This document shows positions 1 to 12,090 of a stretch of DNA of 21,182 nucleotides, in pieces. Below the pieces are notes generated by a model. It was not told where the DNA came from. It did no database searches and saw only the letters and a program-made list of their open reading frames with translations. The DNA comes from Dimargaris cristalligena (Eukaryota). Position numbers and translations under genes: made by a program. Location: NCBI GenBank assembly GCA_003614675.1, contig ML002218.1, forward strand, positions 62,001 through 83,182. The letters run 5' to 3'. The first letter of the stretch is position 1. Each line of letters starts with the position of its first letter.

Positions 1-3000
1 GGCCCTTCTTTTTCATATGGTCCAGGTAGTCAGGGGAGGAGTCGATGAGGAACGACCGGTACTCGGTGATCTGCCGCTTATTGGCATTGGGGTAGGGTAT
101 TTGGCGAATGTTCTTTAGCCCGGAAACTAGTTCCGCGTCGGTAATGGGGTCTCCAGCGGCCTCTGTGATGGCCTTGATGTCCCGCAACAATTCCTGGTCC
201 TCGCTGTTCTTAATATCCGCCAGCTGTAGAGCATAAATCACCATGCACCGCACAATGGCGTGCAAATCGGCCTGCTGACGGCGGGGCAAGTAGGCCGCCA
301 ATTCGTCCCATTTGCCGTAGCCCCATATCATAATCTTACGTTCCAGCCGGGTCTTTTCGGCCTGGGTCCATGGCTTCACTTGGTTGGTACGGCGCTTGCC
401 ATACTCGGCATCGTCTTCCGAATCCGAGTTGGACGCCGACGGGGGGTTGCTGCGCGGGTTTTCGTTGTAACGCATAGCGGCGCGTCGTTGCCGGGGTTCC
501 TGGATGATCAATGGGTTGGCCATAACCCCCTCGTCCAATTTCACGTCGGCCTTCTTGGCCCATTTGTCCCAAAACTCCGGATCGTTAATATCTACGTCAT
601 CTTCGTTGCTGGCAGTCGTGAAACTGGCCTTGGAGAAAATCGACCCCGGTTCGTTGTTATCGTGCTTAATGATGGTGGTACGACGCTCCAAAATCTGATC
701 AATGTCTTCGTCGCAGAACTTGGAGCTGGCCCCGTCATCGTCCATGAGGGCCCCGTAGGCCCCCTTCTTGAGGAGCTCCTCCACCTCCTTTTTACTCAGG
801 GCGGAGGAAGGCCCTCGGCCGCTGTCGGCCAAATCACCCGTGCCCGAGCGTAAGGCGGACTGTACGTCCATTTTCTGGAGCACCGCCTTATCGAGTCCCA
901 GTTTCATACCGGCCCGATCAAACATTTCCTTCTCGTAGGTGTTGCGCGTGAGCAGGCGGTAAATCTTGACGGGTTTAGTTTGCCCGATACGATGGCAACG
1001 GGCCTGGGCCTGGAGATCGTTCTGTGGATTCCAGTCGCTGTCGTAAATAACGCACGTGTCAGCTGCCGTTAAGTTAATCCCCACCCCACCCGCCCGGGTA
1101 CATAGTAGGAATACGAACGAATTGGGGTCCGTGGAGAAGCGATCAATGGCCGCCTGCCGAAGTTCACCCTTGATAGAGCCATCGATACGTTCGTAGCCGT
1201 ACCGGCGGGCCGTGAGGTAGTCGGCGAGCACGTCGAGGCAGCGGGTCATCTGGGAGAAGATGAGCACCTTGTGGTTCCCTTCCTTGAGCTTACGTAGCAG
1301 TTTGTCAATCAGGACCAGTTTTCCCGATGATTCAATCATCATGTTGAGGTACGCCTCGGTAGTTTGCGGTTGCACCTCCTTGGCGATACGTTCCTCCGCC
1401 CCGGTGATTAGGAAGGGGTGCATACAGCACTTGCGGAGTTCCACCACAATGTTCATCAGTGAAGGGCCCGCACCCGATCCTTTGGCCCCATTCTTGAGCC
1501 AAGTGAAGTTCTTCTCCAGAATGGCGCGGTAGAATTTCTTTTGGTAGGCGGTGAGTTCCACCTCCACGACCGTTTCCTCCTTCACCGGGATACTCTTCTC
1601 GACGTCCTCTTTGAACCGACGCAGCATGAGGGGTTTAAGGAGGGCCTGGATCCGGTCGACTTCCTCTTTGGACTTGAGCGAGCCGTAGTCGGTTAGGAAG
1701 GCGGCCTCGTCGTCGAACCGGTCGGGCTGGAGGAAATTCAGCAAACTGAACAGCTCGTGCATCGAGTTTTGCAGGGGGGTTCCGGTCAATAGGAGGCGGT
1801 GCTCAAATGAGTAGTCATTCAAGAATTCCAGGACTTTGGAGGCCTTGTTCTTGAGTCGATGGGCTTCGTCGAATACGCCCGCCCGCCACGGGATTGACTT
1901 GAGGTGGCCCGCTCCGGCTGAAATCATTTCGTACGTTGTGATAATGACGTCGAATTTGTAGTAGTGCGGAATCACCCGTCCCTGAGGGTCCTTAAAGTAA
2001 TACTCGGTGTCAACGATAAGGTTACGGGAAGCGGCGCTACCGTGGTAGACCAACACGTTGAGGGTGGTCCAGCTGCGGAACTCCCGCTCCCAATGGGGTA
2101 CGGTAGATAGAGGGGCCACCACCAGGAAGGGGCCGTTGATGCCGTGGGACTGGTGGATCTGGTTCAAGAACGATACCGACTGGACGGTTTTACCCAAACC
2201 CATTTCGTCGGCCATGATGCAGGACTGTCGGTTAAACCAGCAGTAGAGTAGCCAATTGAGACCCTCCAACTGGTAGGGACGCAGCTTATTTCCGTATTTA
2301 AAGGCGTGGGATTCGTTCAGCTGTTGGAAGGCCTGGCGGGGCGGGCGAGGTCGGTCGTGCGAGCGGTCGGGACTGGGCGGTAACCGTCGCTGGTGGAACT
2401 CGTCCAACTTTTCGGCATCCATGGTTCGGATTTGCTCGATATTCTCCCAGGTTGACTCGTCGTAGGGCAGATTGCACCATTTGACCAGGACGTAGACCTC
2501 CTGCTGGCCCGTCTGGGCGTTGAACAGTTCGCCCTCATCAATGACCCGGTCCACTTGGGTGTAGGCCGGGTTAAAGGGCTCGTCGGTCCACTGGTTGACC
2601 ATGCCAGGCTGCTGCTGCTGGGCCAGGAACTTCTTGAGGCGGTGCTTGCCTAGGAATTCGCTTTCGATAAAGTCCCGGGGCACCCACTCTGCGTGCAGAT
2701 AACTGCTGCCCTTAAACTTAACGAGAAAGCGCTCCCCTTCGGGGTCGGTGGGGGGTTTATAGGTGAGGATTTTCTCGAGCTGCCGGGTACCCATGGGGAT
2801 GACGACCGGGTCGTAGGATACGCCCCAGGACCTCTTGGGCTGAGCGGGGGTTTGTTTAGCTCGCTTAGCTCCTGTTGGGCGTTTGGGGGTTTTCTTTGGT
2901 CGGCGACCGGCGCGGGGGGCTTCGCTATAGTCATCGGAGTCCTCCTCATCAAAGTCCAATGGGTCGTCTAAAGCCGGTGGACTAACTAGGTCATTTTCAA

Positions 3001-3547
3001 CGACAGGTTCGGGATCTAGCTCGTCCTCAAAAGGATCAACGCTGTCCAGCCGATTTGTGGCCTAGCGCAGGGAAGGGAAGCAAATTAAATAGCTAAATTA
3101 GTTGACAGAATTTGCTAGCAGTTTCCAAACAACAGGCTTCATAGGCCTATATTTTCTTAAAAGGGATCAATTATGGATAGTGGCTAAGCAGAAAATACAC
3201 TGGTCCTGACTTACTTTCTTGGCGGCCGCACGCCGAGGGGGGGCCTGTTTTAGGGAGGCCGTCTTGGGCTTAGACGGTCGGTTGGCTTGATAAGAACCGT
3301 CCGAGTCGCTATCAAAATCTAACGGGGCGTCTGATAGACTATGTACATCCGAAAGACTGCTATCGCTATCCGAAGCAAAATCAGACTCTATGGGATTTCC
3401 GACGGGGGCATTGGCGAAACGCTGGGCGGGTACCTTGCCCCCGTACTGGGAACGGGCCGTGACGGTGCCGTTGGTTGCCGGAAGGGCGGGTTGCTGGAAA
3501 TCACCCGGTTCCGACAACGAGTCCTGGAAGCCATCTGAATCACTCAT
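1..3547 (-). CDS. CHD6-9/Kismet (CHD7-like) chromodomain helicase DNA-binding chromatin remodeller, 3'-partial; exons 3547-3215 and 3061-<1
   Basis: Manual translation of the minus frame from 3061 to the window edge is open. It is missing from the ORF track because it has no stop in the window. It shows tandem chromodomains (LEKILTYK...FLVKFKGSSYLHAEWV; YTQVDRVID...LVKWCNLPYDESTWE) and SNF2 motifs: LRPYQLEGLNWL, DEMGLGKT (2209-2186), DEAH (1870-1859), LTGTPLQN, LIFSQM, TRAGGVGINLTAAD, DSDWNPQND and QAQARCHRIGQ (1012-980). Post-helicase blocks FCDEDIDQILERR (718-680), FSKASF and DPEFWDKWAKKA (583-548) are typical of CHD6-9. Exon 1 (MSDSDGFQ...AAAKK, 111 codons) joins in phase 0. The start codon is provisional. 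Confidence 0.93.
3062..3214 (-). other. Spliceosomal intron of the CHD gene (153 nt, phase 0)
   Basis: Donor AAA|GTAAGT at 3214, AT-rich interior, branch-like ACTAAT, pyrimidine tract, then acceptor CTAG|G at 3062. Splicing keeps the frame (AAKK|ATNRLD). Confidence 0.85.
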
Positions 3548-6500
3548 GGTCAGTTACGGGAATACCGTAAGGGTTGTTAAACGTCGCTTACTGGAGCCGG
3601 CGTTGGAGGGGAGGGGGCGGTTCGAAGTAGGCGCGGTTTCGTCACTAGTTCGGTGGTAATTCACGGGGTTTGACGATTGAATATTAATGTATGGGGTATT
3701 TTATCAGGCAGGAAGTTCTATATCGACGCAGGGTTTTTCTAGGATCGGGTCTAGCAATTGGGGACAAGTTAAAAACAGGTGAATCGGTGGATCGGAGTGG
3801 GGGTAAATACACGAAATGGCTTGTAGGTATTGGTCTAGCTATTGCTGGGATGTACTGACAGTTGTTAGTCGATAATTCCCTTGGCCTGGCTATCCACCCA
3901 AAGGGCCGTTTTAGGTGACAAACAGATACCTCCAAGTAGTTGATTAACCAAATACCATCCTCCGAGCTTTTAGTACTGAACGAAGGCGGCTCGCAGGGAA
4001 GAGGGGGATATGGCTCGACGTATATTGCGTGTTGTACACCTCCAACCGCCCTCATGTGCGTTACTACTCTTACTAGTGTGTTGCTTACCGCATATATATT
4101 CCACTAAAAAGGGATTTGGCAGGATAGCGCCAAGTCAGGCAGCAATTCGGTTCTTCGACAGACGGTCGTTGCGTTCAACCTCGACGTGGACGAAGCAGGT
4201 ATTGTCGCTGGTGGATGAGCTGGTGCTTTTTTAAAATATATATATATAAAGGTGGCGAAGTTAAGAAATATAAAAGAAATCGAGATCGACACGTTCCATC
4301 AAGTTTGAAGAGGCGAAACTCTGAGGTAGTGCCTGGACATGTAAACGCGAATATAGGGGCGTGTGGATTGAGTTCAAAATGTTAAAGCTCCCTGGGAGTA
4401 CGGGGGAAAGGGAAACGACGAAAGCAAAAAGGAGGATGTGGCCATACGCCAGTTATGTCGCTGGCTGTTCCGTGCGACGGGCACACGCACACACCAATCA
4501 CAAGAGTCTATAGAGAGAGGGAGGGAAACGGGGGGGTCAGCTGTCGTTAAAAAAAACACGGGTAAGTTGGTGGAGAGAAATCGGGCGCACGGTAGTAGAG
4601 AGTTTGGGAATGTTCACAGTATATGCTCCTCCTTACCTTCGACGGTTGGGAAGTAACGGCCAGCTACTATATCTTATTGATTTTGTACCAGCGCGAGAGA
4701 GCGGCGCCCAGAGGAGCCACTTTAGGGGGAGGGGAAAGTGGGTGGGTGTTATTTTGTGCGCGCGTAGTGCACAATCAGGGGTTCAAAAGCCGGATGGGCT
4801 CGCCAATCTAGGGGATGGATTAGAGTCGACATCCCCCAGATCCACTGCCCAGGAAAAGCGGTGGGACACCCTAATTGTGGCCTTGTCTGGCGCATTGACG
4901 AACCCCTGCTTAGTTGCACCTGGCCGCGTGGCTGTTTAAGGATACAAAAGCGAATGGTCCTTACGATGGCAGGTCTAGACGTGGTCGCGTAGGGAAAAGG
5001 AGGGTGGGGGGAGGTTAGGCCCAATCCGACAGAAGGGTTGCGCCGACGGTCGTCACTGTGGTCATGCCGAGAAACTGAGACCCACGCGTGGGGCAGCGGT
5101 TAGTAACGGGCGAGAGTAGGACCTGGACGACGTCGGGGAACGGGCTAGCTAGCCTTGGATGACGTTTGACGGGAGCGTCACTGCCACGACGTACATTGCT
5201 GCTGCGTCGAATAGAACTGCTATTGGAAAGCATGTAGTTTTAGAGAGCGGCTGCTGTATAATAGTGCCATTAGATTTTGCTCAAACTGAGCGGAGCCTTT
5301 CCATGTGTTGTTCCATCGGTGCTTTAACAAGGGGTTCTCTATTTTGAAAGTTGCAAGGGTGCTAATATCAATGAATAAAAATCCCCCGATTGAAGAATAC
5401 TGAGTGGTGCATGGTTTTTAAGGGCGCGATATATACATGGAAACTTGCGTCAATCCATATAGGGCTTCTCCCTAATGAATAGACTCTGCCTGTCCCTTGT
5501 GACTGTTCTTCGGTCCAGTATTCTTGAATAACCAATTAACCATTGGCCTAAAGCCGAATTGAGTAGAGCTATCCATCTCCACGGATTCCCGTCGTGGGTT
5601 GAAGTACCGTTCGCGAGACGACTGGTCATAGTTCGTCGCAAGGTGGTACCGAATACTAAGCATATGGTCCGCGCTAGAGGAAGTGTTTGCTATACTACCT
5701 TGAAAATATTCGGGAAGGCACAAACCTCCTCTAACATCTTACACGCGAGTTTGGGGCTCTGCATTTAAAAGAACCGCGGCCATTTTATAACACAATCAAC
5801 AGGGACATTTCAGCCGTAAAGATGCAATCAACGGACTCGTGGTTCCACTTGCCCCGGCTAAACCTCACCATTTAATCCGGGAATCGATAAAATGTCGATA
5901 AGAACCCGTGGCGTGTGTTGATATGCCTGAACCTTGTGGGGTGTAAATAATGTCACTGGGACAGGCGGTGGTGGTGTATGGTAGTAGTGATACCTACCAC
6001 CCAGCGAAGCTTGATGGAAATGCAGAGTGGCCAGCCTCATTCAAATATAAAATGGTTGCTATCCGGGTGAGAGGATTTGGGAAAAGGGGCATCAAGTTGA
6101 CTATATGACTGAGTACCACGATTGGGCGAAGCAGCGGGAGTTCGCATCCCATTTAATTAGAACCGAACCAGTTTGATTCACGTGGGGTCCTATATGGGGC
6201 CCCTATTAAGGCATAAATCCGCTTTTCTGAGGGGGTTTTCTACTGCAAGCTATAGTCTCGAAGCCGCTTTTAGGGATATTCCAGCCCCAGGGCCTTGCTA
6301 CAACACGTGGCATCACTTCAGCGCGATAGTGTATTTCGACTGTGCTTCCTACGTATTTCTCAGGCCTACAAGTTATAATACCAGCTCTGTTACCTTTCGA
6401 GTGAGTTGGTGGACAGGTGGGAGTGTGTAATTGGCGTGGGTATTAAAGGTCACCCACCTAACGCAGGGTTATATTCAGGAGACAGTCGTTACAGCACAAA

Positions 6501-7514
6501 GTACGTACCAGGTGGGTGGGGCTATCGTTTTCAAATGGTGGAGCGTACTAAGTTAGCAGGGGTTATTGACCCAGAATATCTAGTTAACGGAAGTCAAACA
6601 TAATGGTATCACATGTCGGTTAAATCAGAATAAGGTGGAAGTGCGATTGGTAAAGTTTGTCCGGATGATAAATGGCTATGCGGATGGGGAAAATCCGAGC
6701 GTTGCATTCTAGAAGTCAGCACGGATGCATCACATCTCACCTCTGGACTAGCTTAGAAAGTGAACAATAGCACCATTTGGAACCCGGTGGGTAAATGGAA
6801 AATGCTTTCTAAAGCCATGGAATAATCAACGGGCCCAAAGCAGGGTGGTTCTCTAATCAAGGATGCAGAGGAGGAGGCCCCTTGCCACTGAGCATTGCTG
6901 CCTGTTGTGGTGAATGCGCGCCGCTTTGGGTTGTTGCATTGTGCCGAATAGCAAGGCAACGTATAAGCTATTTGGCCGGCCCCCAAGACCCGCGGCATAA
7001 TACTAATTACAGCCATGGCCACCCGACCTATTGGGTGGGATTCCTGGGACTATTTCGGAATATTTTCGCACCGCTCGGGCCCATCCCGACTCCTGGAACT
7101 ATTATGGTTCGTAAGACCCCGTTTGGAATCTCCATGCTATCTTTTTTATTTTAATAATGATGGTCATTGTGGCCTACAGAGTCCCTTTGCCGTTTATTGA
7201 GCCCACTTCCCGTGATTTCTTGAATGTTTTTTGGTGCAATGACCGCCCTATTCTTGGAGGTAGGTGGTTCAAACCATTTCCGTCCGTGGTATCGGCTCCC
7301 ACTATAGCCGTTAGGCCTTATCGGGGCAGTTATTTTTTCAATTCCCGAACCTACTGCGTCGTCCGTCACAGGGAGGGCCCGAACCGGTAATTTTCATGAG
7401 GGATTTGGACGGGTTCCCACCATTCCCCTGATCACCAACCAATCCGCCATCCCCTTCCGCATCCCAATTAAGCCAGCCGTATAGTAAGTAAGTAGTGCCG
7501 AATGGACCTGTTTG

Positions 7515-7532
7515 ATTATTATTATTATTATT
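7515..7532. repeat. (ATT)6 microsatellite
   Basis: Read directly: attattattattattatt. Confidence 0.9.
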
Positions 7533-8477
7533 AATAGTACGCAAAGGCGTGGGCAGAGCAACTGGGAATGTGTACGGCTTCCAAGTCGATAGACCCTGGT
7601 CTGTTTGCCATATAGCCTAACATATGCACCGGACTAATTCCGCCGGCGAAGCAGCGGTGGTAGTATAAAACTGGGGCACGTATCCTCTCCCCTATAGCGG
7701 GACCTGTTTATCGTTTGATTTGCAAGTTGTTCGACATCCCATGGTTTATTCTAATTTCCGGCATTGCCCAAGCGCCTTCGCTGTACCTAGCCCCAGTTAT
7801 CTCTCGGGTATATCGGATCGACGTGTCTCTTCCGAATACGGACGGGCGACTGTATGGTTTTATGTTTCTTAAAGGTTTGATTGTGTCATTTTTTCTTTTG
7901 GAGGATAAATCCGGCATGTGCCTTTTTGCCCAGGGAGTTAGTTAGTTGGTCACCCGTATCGCCCCTGCCTTTTATCCTTGCGTGCCCCTGGTAGCTCCGC
8001 TTTCATTCATTGATGGGTCTAGGGTTTTCGCCTTTTAGTGGATTACGGCCATCGTCTTACATTCGCCTTTTGGTTGTTTTAAATTTTGCATTATTTTCAA
8101 TGACTTATTATCGGGTTCCAGAATCAGCCTAAATCCATCTTTATTCAGCATATTATCGTTGTGCCCGGCAACCTGTTTGTTCGACATATCCGTACTTCAG
8201 CCAGCAAAGCCGTAATCCGGTCAAACTTAATCCTAGTGTGCGGGTCCTTACCATAAAAGCAGCGCACCTTCCGTCATCTTTCTAGGGCAAAGCATATGTG
8301 TCATTCATTCCCTACTGTTATTGACTAGCGTTGGTCTTTTCCCCGTTGCTGTGTATAGTTTTTTCCGTTAGCCTGGGAAATAATTCCCATTTGTTGTGAG
8401 TATCACAAGACCTACCATTACTTTATCACTTCACTACCTTCCCGCCTGCCAAAACGGTGGGCTTTGCAACTCCGCCC

Positions 8478-11400
8478 ATGCCCAGCGTCCCACACCTTCC
8501 CGGGACCTTGCCTACCCCGAAGGCTTTCTACAATGGCACTTTTGCAATTCCTCCCGGCTTTATTTATTTACAAAGCCAACACCCTTGTCGTTATTCTGAC
8601 CGTTACATTGACCTGACCCGCCGCCCGGTGAAGTTTCGCCGGTCCTTAACCCCCGACCAACTTCCTTTAAGTGACAACCTATTCTTCGATTCGCTCTTCA
8701 TAGCCAACTTCCATGCCCTGCTCTGGTACGACCAGGACAAGGAAAAGGTACGTCTACTCACCAAGGCTTTGCTTCGCTGGTATCAATTAAAGGCCGTGTT
8801 CAGGGGGTTAACCTCGGGTGGAGGAGAGCAGCAGTGCGATCCTGCTGGACATTCCGGCTACTTACTCTCTCTTTTTTTTTTACTCTTCTTTATAACTATA
8901 TCCCCTATTTGCCTATTCTTCTGGCCCCCACGGGTAGTACTGTATACAGGATCACTTCTCGGACCACGGCACTTTCCTGAACGACCGGCGAATCGGCGGA
9001 GCCGACAAACCGAGGCAAATAGAGACCTTGGCCGACCTCGATATCCTCCGCTTAGGCCCCCAGGAGGCTGTTGACGCAGGTAAGGCTGCTTTGATGCCAA
9101 CCGCTATTTAATACCCCTTGCCCTAATCACCGACTATTGACTGGTTGAATGGGTGTGATACACACATGGGTGAAATTCGGCCCAGCTATATAAGGGTTTA
9201 CATTATACGTGTATGGGAGAATATATGGGAAATGTATTTTTAACTAGTAATATTGGCCGAATCTAATGGATTTTTCGTTATACGGCTTGGATGAACTTCT
9301 CCCATATGGCCCTGCTGGTGACCTATTCTCATAACTTACTAAACCCTTACCTCTGTATATATTGCTCTCTTACTCCTCTCAACCCCACTCCGTGCCATGC
9401 CATTTTCTAGACGACCACTCTTTTAGTGACGGAGCGATTGTTTTCTTCGTGTTCCTCCCGACCTTCTCGCAAAACTTACCCGAACGGACCCGGTCCTTCA
9501 ACAATACCGACACCATGATAGCCAGTAGTCTTCCGCCGCTATCAACCGATGGTCCCGAGGCCCTGGCCACGCCCGACACGAAGCTTAGTGATGCGGGTGC
9601 CCATAGTTTATCCACTTCCGAATACCCGACCAATGACGAACTCCTGGCCATCCTGAACTCCCTTCGGCCCTGCCCTATGAAGGAGGCCGAAATGCGCGTG
9701 GCCAGCGCTGAACTACCTCGCCTGGAAAAGGATGTGTCCCAGATGGAAGCCTCCTTCCAAAAGTTTACCTCCAGGGAAGGTACCGCACACTCATGGCCCC
9801 GCTTTGGGGTGACCCCTAGCCCCAAGCCGGTCTCCCCTCCTCCGCCAACCTCCCCCCCTCACAACCGCGTAGTTTCACCGGGGAAAGCCGCTCACCTGTA
9901 CCACTACGCTTTTGCCACCGCGGGCCCCTCCGCCTGGTATATCGATAGAAACCGACCGATGCTGGACTACCCTAAGAACAAATGGGTCTCCCAAGGTCCC
10001 TACCACCATTTTGGTCCCCAATACTCGCCCGATCGCGATCCAATGGCTAATGTACCGTATTACCCGGCCTATCGAGCCCCGCATAGGATCCAACCCCAGA
10101 AGCGCGAACGCGACCAACCGGATTCGTATCTTCAGGCCTACAGACAGCCTTGGGACGAAATATCCGTCTCGACGACCTCCGCGGTCGCAGAAACCCTTCG
10201 GCACCGCCCCAGGGCCAACTCGAGATCAGCCATACCACCGGAAACCGTCACCAGCACCCAGGAAAGCGTCCAATACGGCATCGATTCCTCCGTCGTTGCC
10301 ATTATAGCCGAAATCCCCTCCGACGCTGAACTGAGGACCCCCTTGGATTCCATCACCTTGTCAAACGACCGGGTGGGTCTGTATCCCACCAACCCCGCCT
10401 TCTCGCGAGACGAAACCCTAGCGCATCGCGGGGGTAATCGTTCACCGGGTACGGCCGATACCTCCTGGATCACCCATTTGCTTTTACCGTCCATTGACTA
10501 TGCCAATTTAGCAAACTACTCCGTCCTCGCTGGGCTGGAAAACAGCTCCTTCTCCTCCATGGCTAAGACCAGAAGCAGCTTGCCTCTCCATGATTCGGCT
10601 GGCTGTCCCGAGACTAATTCCGCTGACCTCATGGCCTGGCAAAACCAAGATCTGGTGGGGGGGACGCTGGTGTCCCAAACCCTGGACCCTTCGTCAACAC
10701 TTTCCAACTCAGCCGTGTCGACCGCCAACTCGTTCAATCCGCCCCCGGAAACCGAAACCAGCCCGCCGCTCTCCAGCGACGCACCCATGGCCGAGACCGA
10801 GGCTGGGGCTGAGCCCCCCAGCCCGACCGACCCGGCCACCGCCTCGGCCCACCGACGGGCCCAGCCCCCCATCCCGGTAACCGATTTTGTCAGCCGGGCC
10901 GTGAGCGGCGTGCTTCTACCTACTGCAGCCGATGACGACCGTTTACCGCACATGCGCTGGTTCAACCAACTGTTCGCCTCCAACCCCGCATTCTTGGAAT
11001 CTCTCCAAATGCCCCAGCCCGTGGGTATGGTCTGTCCGGAAGACCGGGGGGCGTTCACCTACCCCACCGCCCTAACGCCCGACGGGGGTGACCAACTAGA
11101 CGATATCGATCAGCGTATCTTCGGAATCAATTACGACCTGTGGAACAATTCGGCGAATAGCGTCGAGTTAAACTCCCCCACGTCGTCCCTGTGCGAATCC
11201 CTGGAATTCGAACCGTCCAGTCGCCCGGGCGGGGGGCTGCAGCAGCGGAAACCGAAACGACGGATCACATTTAGTCGCCTTCTGCCTCCGCACCACCTCC
11301 GCCGGTCCCGGCGATCGGATAACCGGACTAGTACCAATCGTAAGGGCCATCCCCACTCCTATTCCCACCCCAACCACCACTACAACTCGAGCCATCTTCG

Positions 11401-11611
11401 TCGACCTGAGGGTGAGGGAGACAATAGGGATGCTTCACATTATGGCGATCGGCGGTCCGGCCATTATAAACCCACCGCAGAGGTGTTCCGCGAAACGGGT
11501 GAGCGAGTCAAACAAATATTTACGAATATTATCCATCGGGTCCGGGTCAGCGATTTCAATGGCCAGGATAATTTGGACCATGTTTCCGTGGTGAGCGAGG
11601 AGAAAATCTAA
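8478..11611 (+). CDS. FHA-domain protein (SLMAP/Vps64-Far9-like FHA, degenerate) with long disordered Pro/Ser-rich tail; join(8478..8747,8938..9079,9411..11611), 870 aa
   Basis: The spliced translation reads DRYIDLTRRPVKFRRS...DNLFFDSLFIANFHALLWYDQDKEK|YCIQDHFSDHGTFLNDRRIG...LADLDILRLGPQEAVDA|DDHSFSDGAIVFFVFLP. By eye this is collinear with the SLMAP-type FHA pattern as I recall it (PIKIGR...NATFDCKVLSRNHALVWFD...FYLQDTKSSNGTFIN...GDIIQFG...HGCIV). Both introns have canonical GT-AG ends and compatible phases (0 and 1). Exon 3 lies within the 749-aa ORF ending in TAA at 11611. Confidence 0.85.
8748..8937 (+). other. Intron 1 of the FHA gene (190 nt, phase 0)
   Basis: Donor AAG|GTACGT, T-rich tract at about 8860-8920, acceptor GTAG|TAC. 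Removal joins the two halves of the FHA domain. Confidence 0.85.
9080..9410 (+). other. Intron 2 of the FHA gene (331 nt, phase 1)
   Basis: Donor CAG|GTAAGG, AT-rich interior, acceptor TTTTCTAG|AC. The split codon G|AC gives Asp and enters the frame of the 749-aa ORF. Confidence 0.82.
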
Positions 11612-11754
11612 AGCAGAGCTAGGGTAATCTTCTTTGCTATTAGGGGAGGGGGGGGTTCAAAGGGCCATATCCCGTTTTTAGTATGGGAGTAATGGCCAAA
11701 CCAGTCCTATAGGAAATAATCAGATTAGTCGACTAGACCTTTTCTGGGCCAAAA

Positions 11755-11772
11755 AACAACAACAACAACAAC
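11755..11772. repeat. (AAC)6 microsatellite in the 3' flank of the FHA gene
   Basis: Read directly; followed by AGCAGC. Confidence 0.9.
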
Positions 11773-12074
11773 AGCAGCAAAAAAAGACGCCCCGAATCCC
11801 TCCTTTTTGGCACCCTTTACATTTCAGTCCTAATTTTACACCTCCTTATTGAACCCCGCTTATATATTTGATGGCGGCTTGGGCTAGCCGAGTTTAGCTA
11901 ATCTCATATTCCCGAGATTTAGGATTCCGTGGTAGCCGGCGTTCACCCACCATTGGGGTTACTATCATAGCCATCATTCCTAACCTACTTTGATGCTATA
12001 GTCGGGTTGCCGTATTACCCATTTACCTTGTACACATCCTCATATCCCTTTATATAATACCCGTCCATTTTTTG

Positions 12075-12090
12075 TATATATATATATATA
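12075..12090. repeat. (TA)8 microsatellite
   Basis: Read directly. Confidence 0.9.

Noticed and set aside
260-2971. Plus-strand and alternate-frame ORFs over the CHD gene (260-853, 1260-1532, 2058-2246, 2650-2952, 2693-2971 and others)
   Set aside because: They are antisense or frame shadows of the long CHD exon and carry no independent motifs.
7255-7285. GGTTCAAACC tRNA T-loop-like motif
   Set aside because: The loop size is wrong, and no D-arm, anticodon arm or acceptor stem can be built.
6125-7657. 13-mer GGCGAAGCAGCGG at 6125-6137 and 7645-7657 as possible element ends
   Set aside because: A few exact 13-mer pairs are expected by chance in 21 kb. The match does not extend, and there is no TSD or internal coding signal.
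8020-8045. TTTCGCCTTTTA resembling U5 snRNA loop 1
   Set aside because: The invariant GCCUUUUAC is incomplete and the flanks do not form the U5 stem.
8457-9074. 205-aa unspliced ORF with an apparent transmembrane segment (YLLSLFFLLFFITISPICLFFW)
   Set aside because: The hydrophobic stretch is the translated polypyrimidine tract of intron 1. Splicing gives a coherent FHA domain instead.
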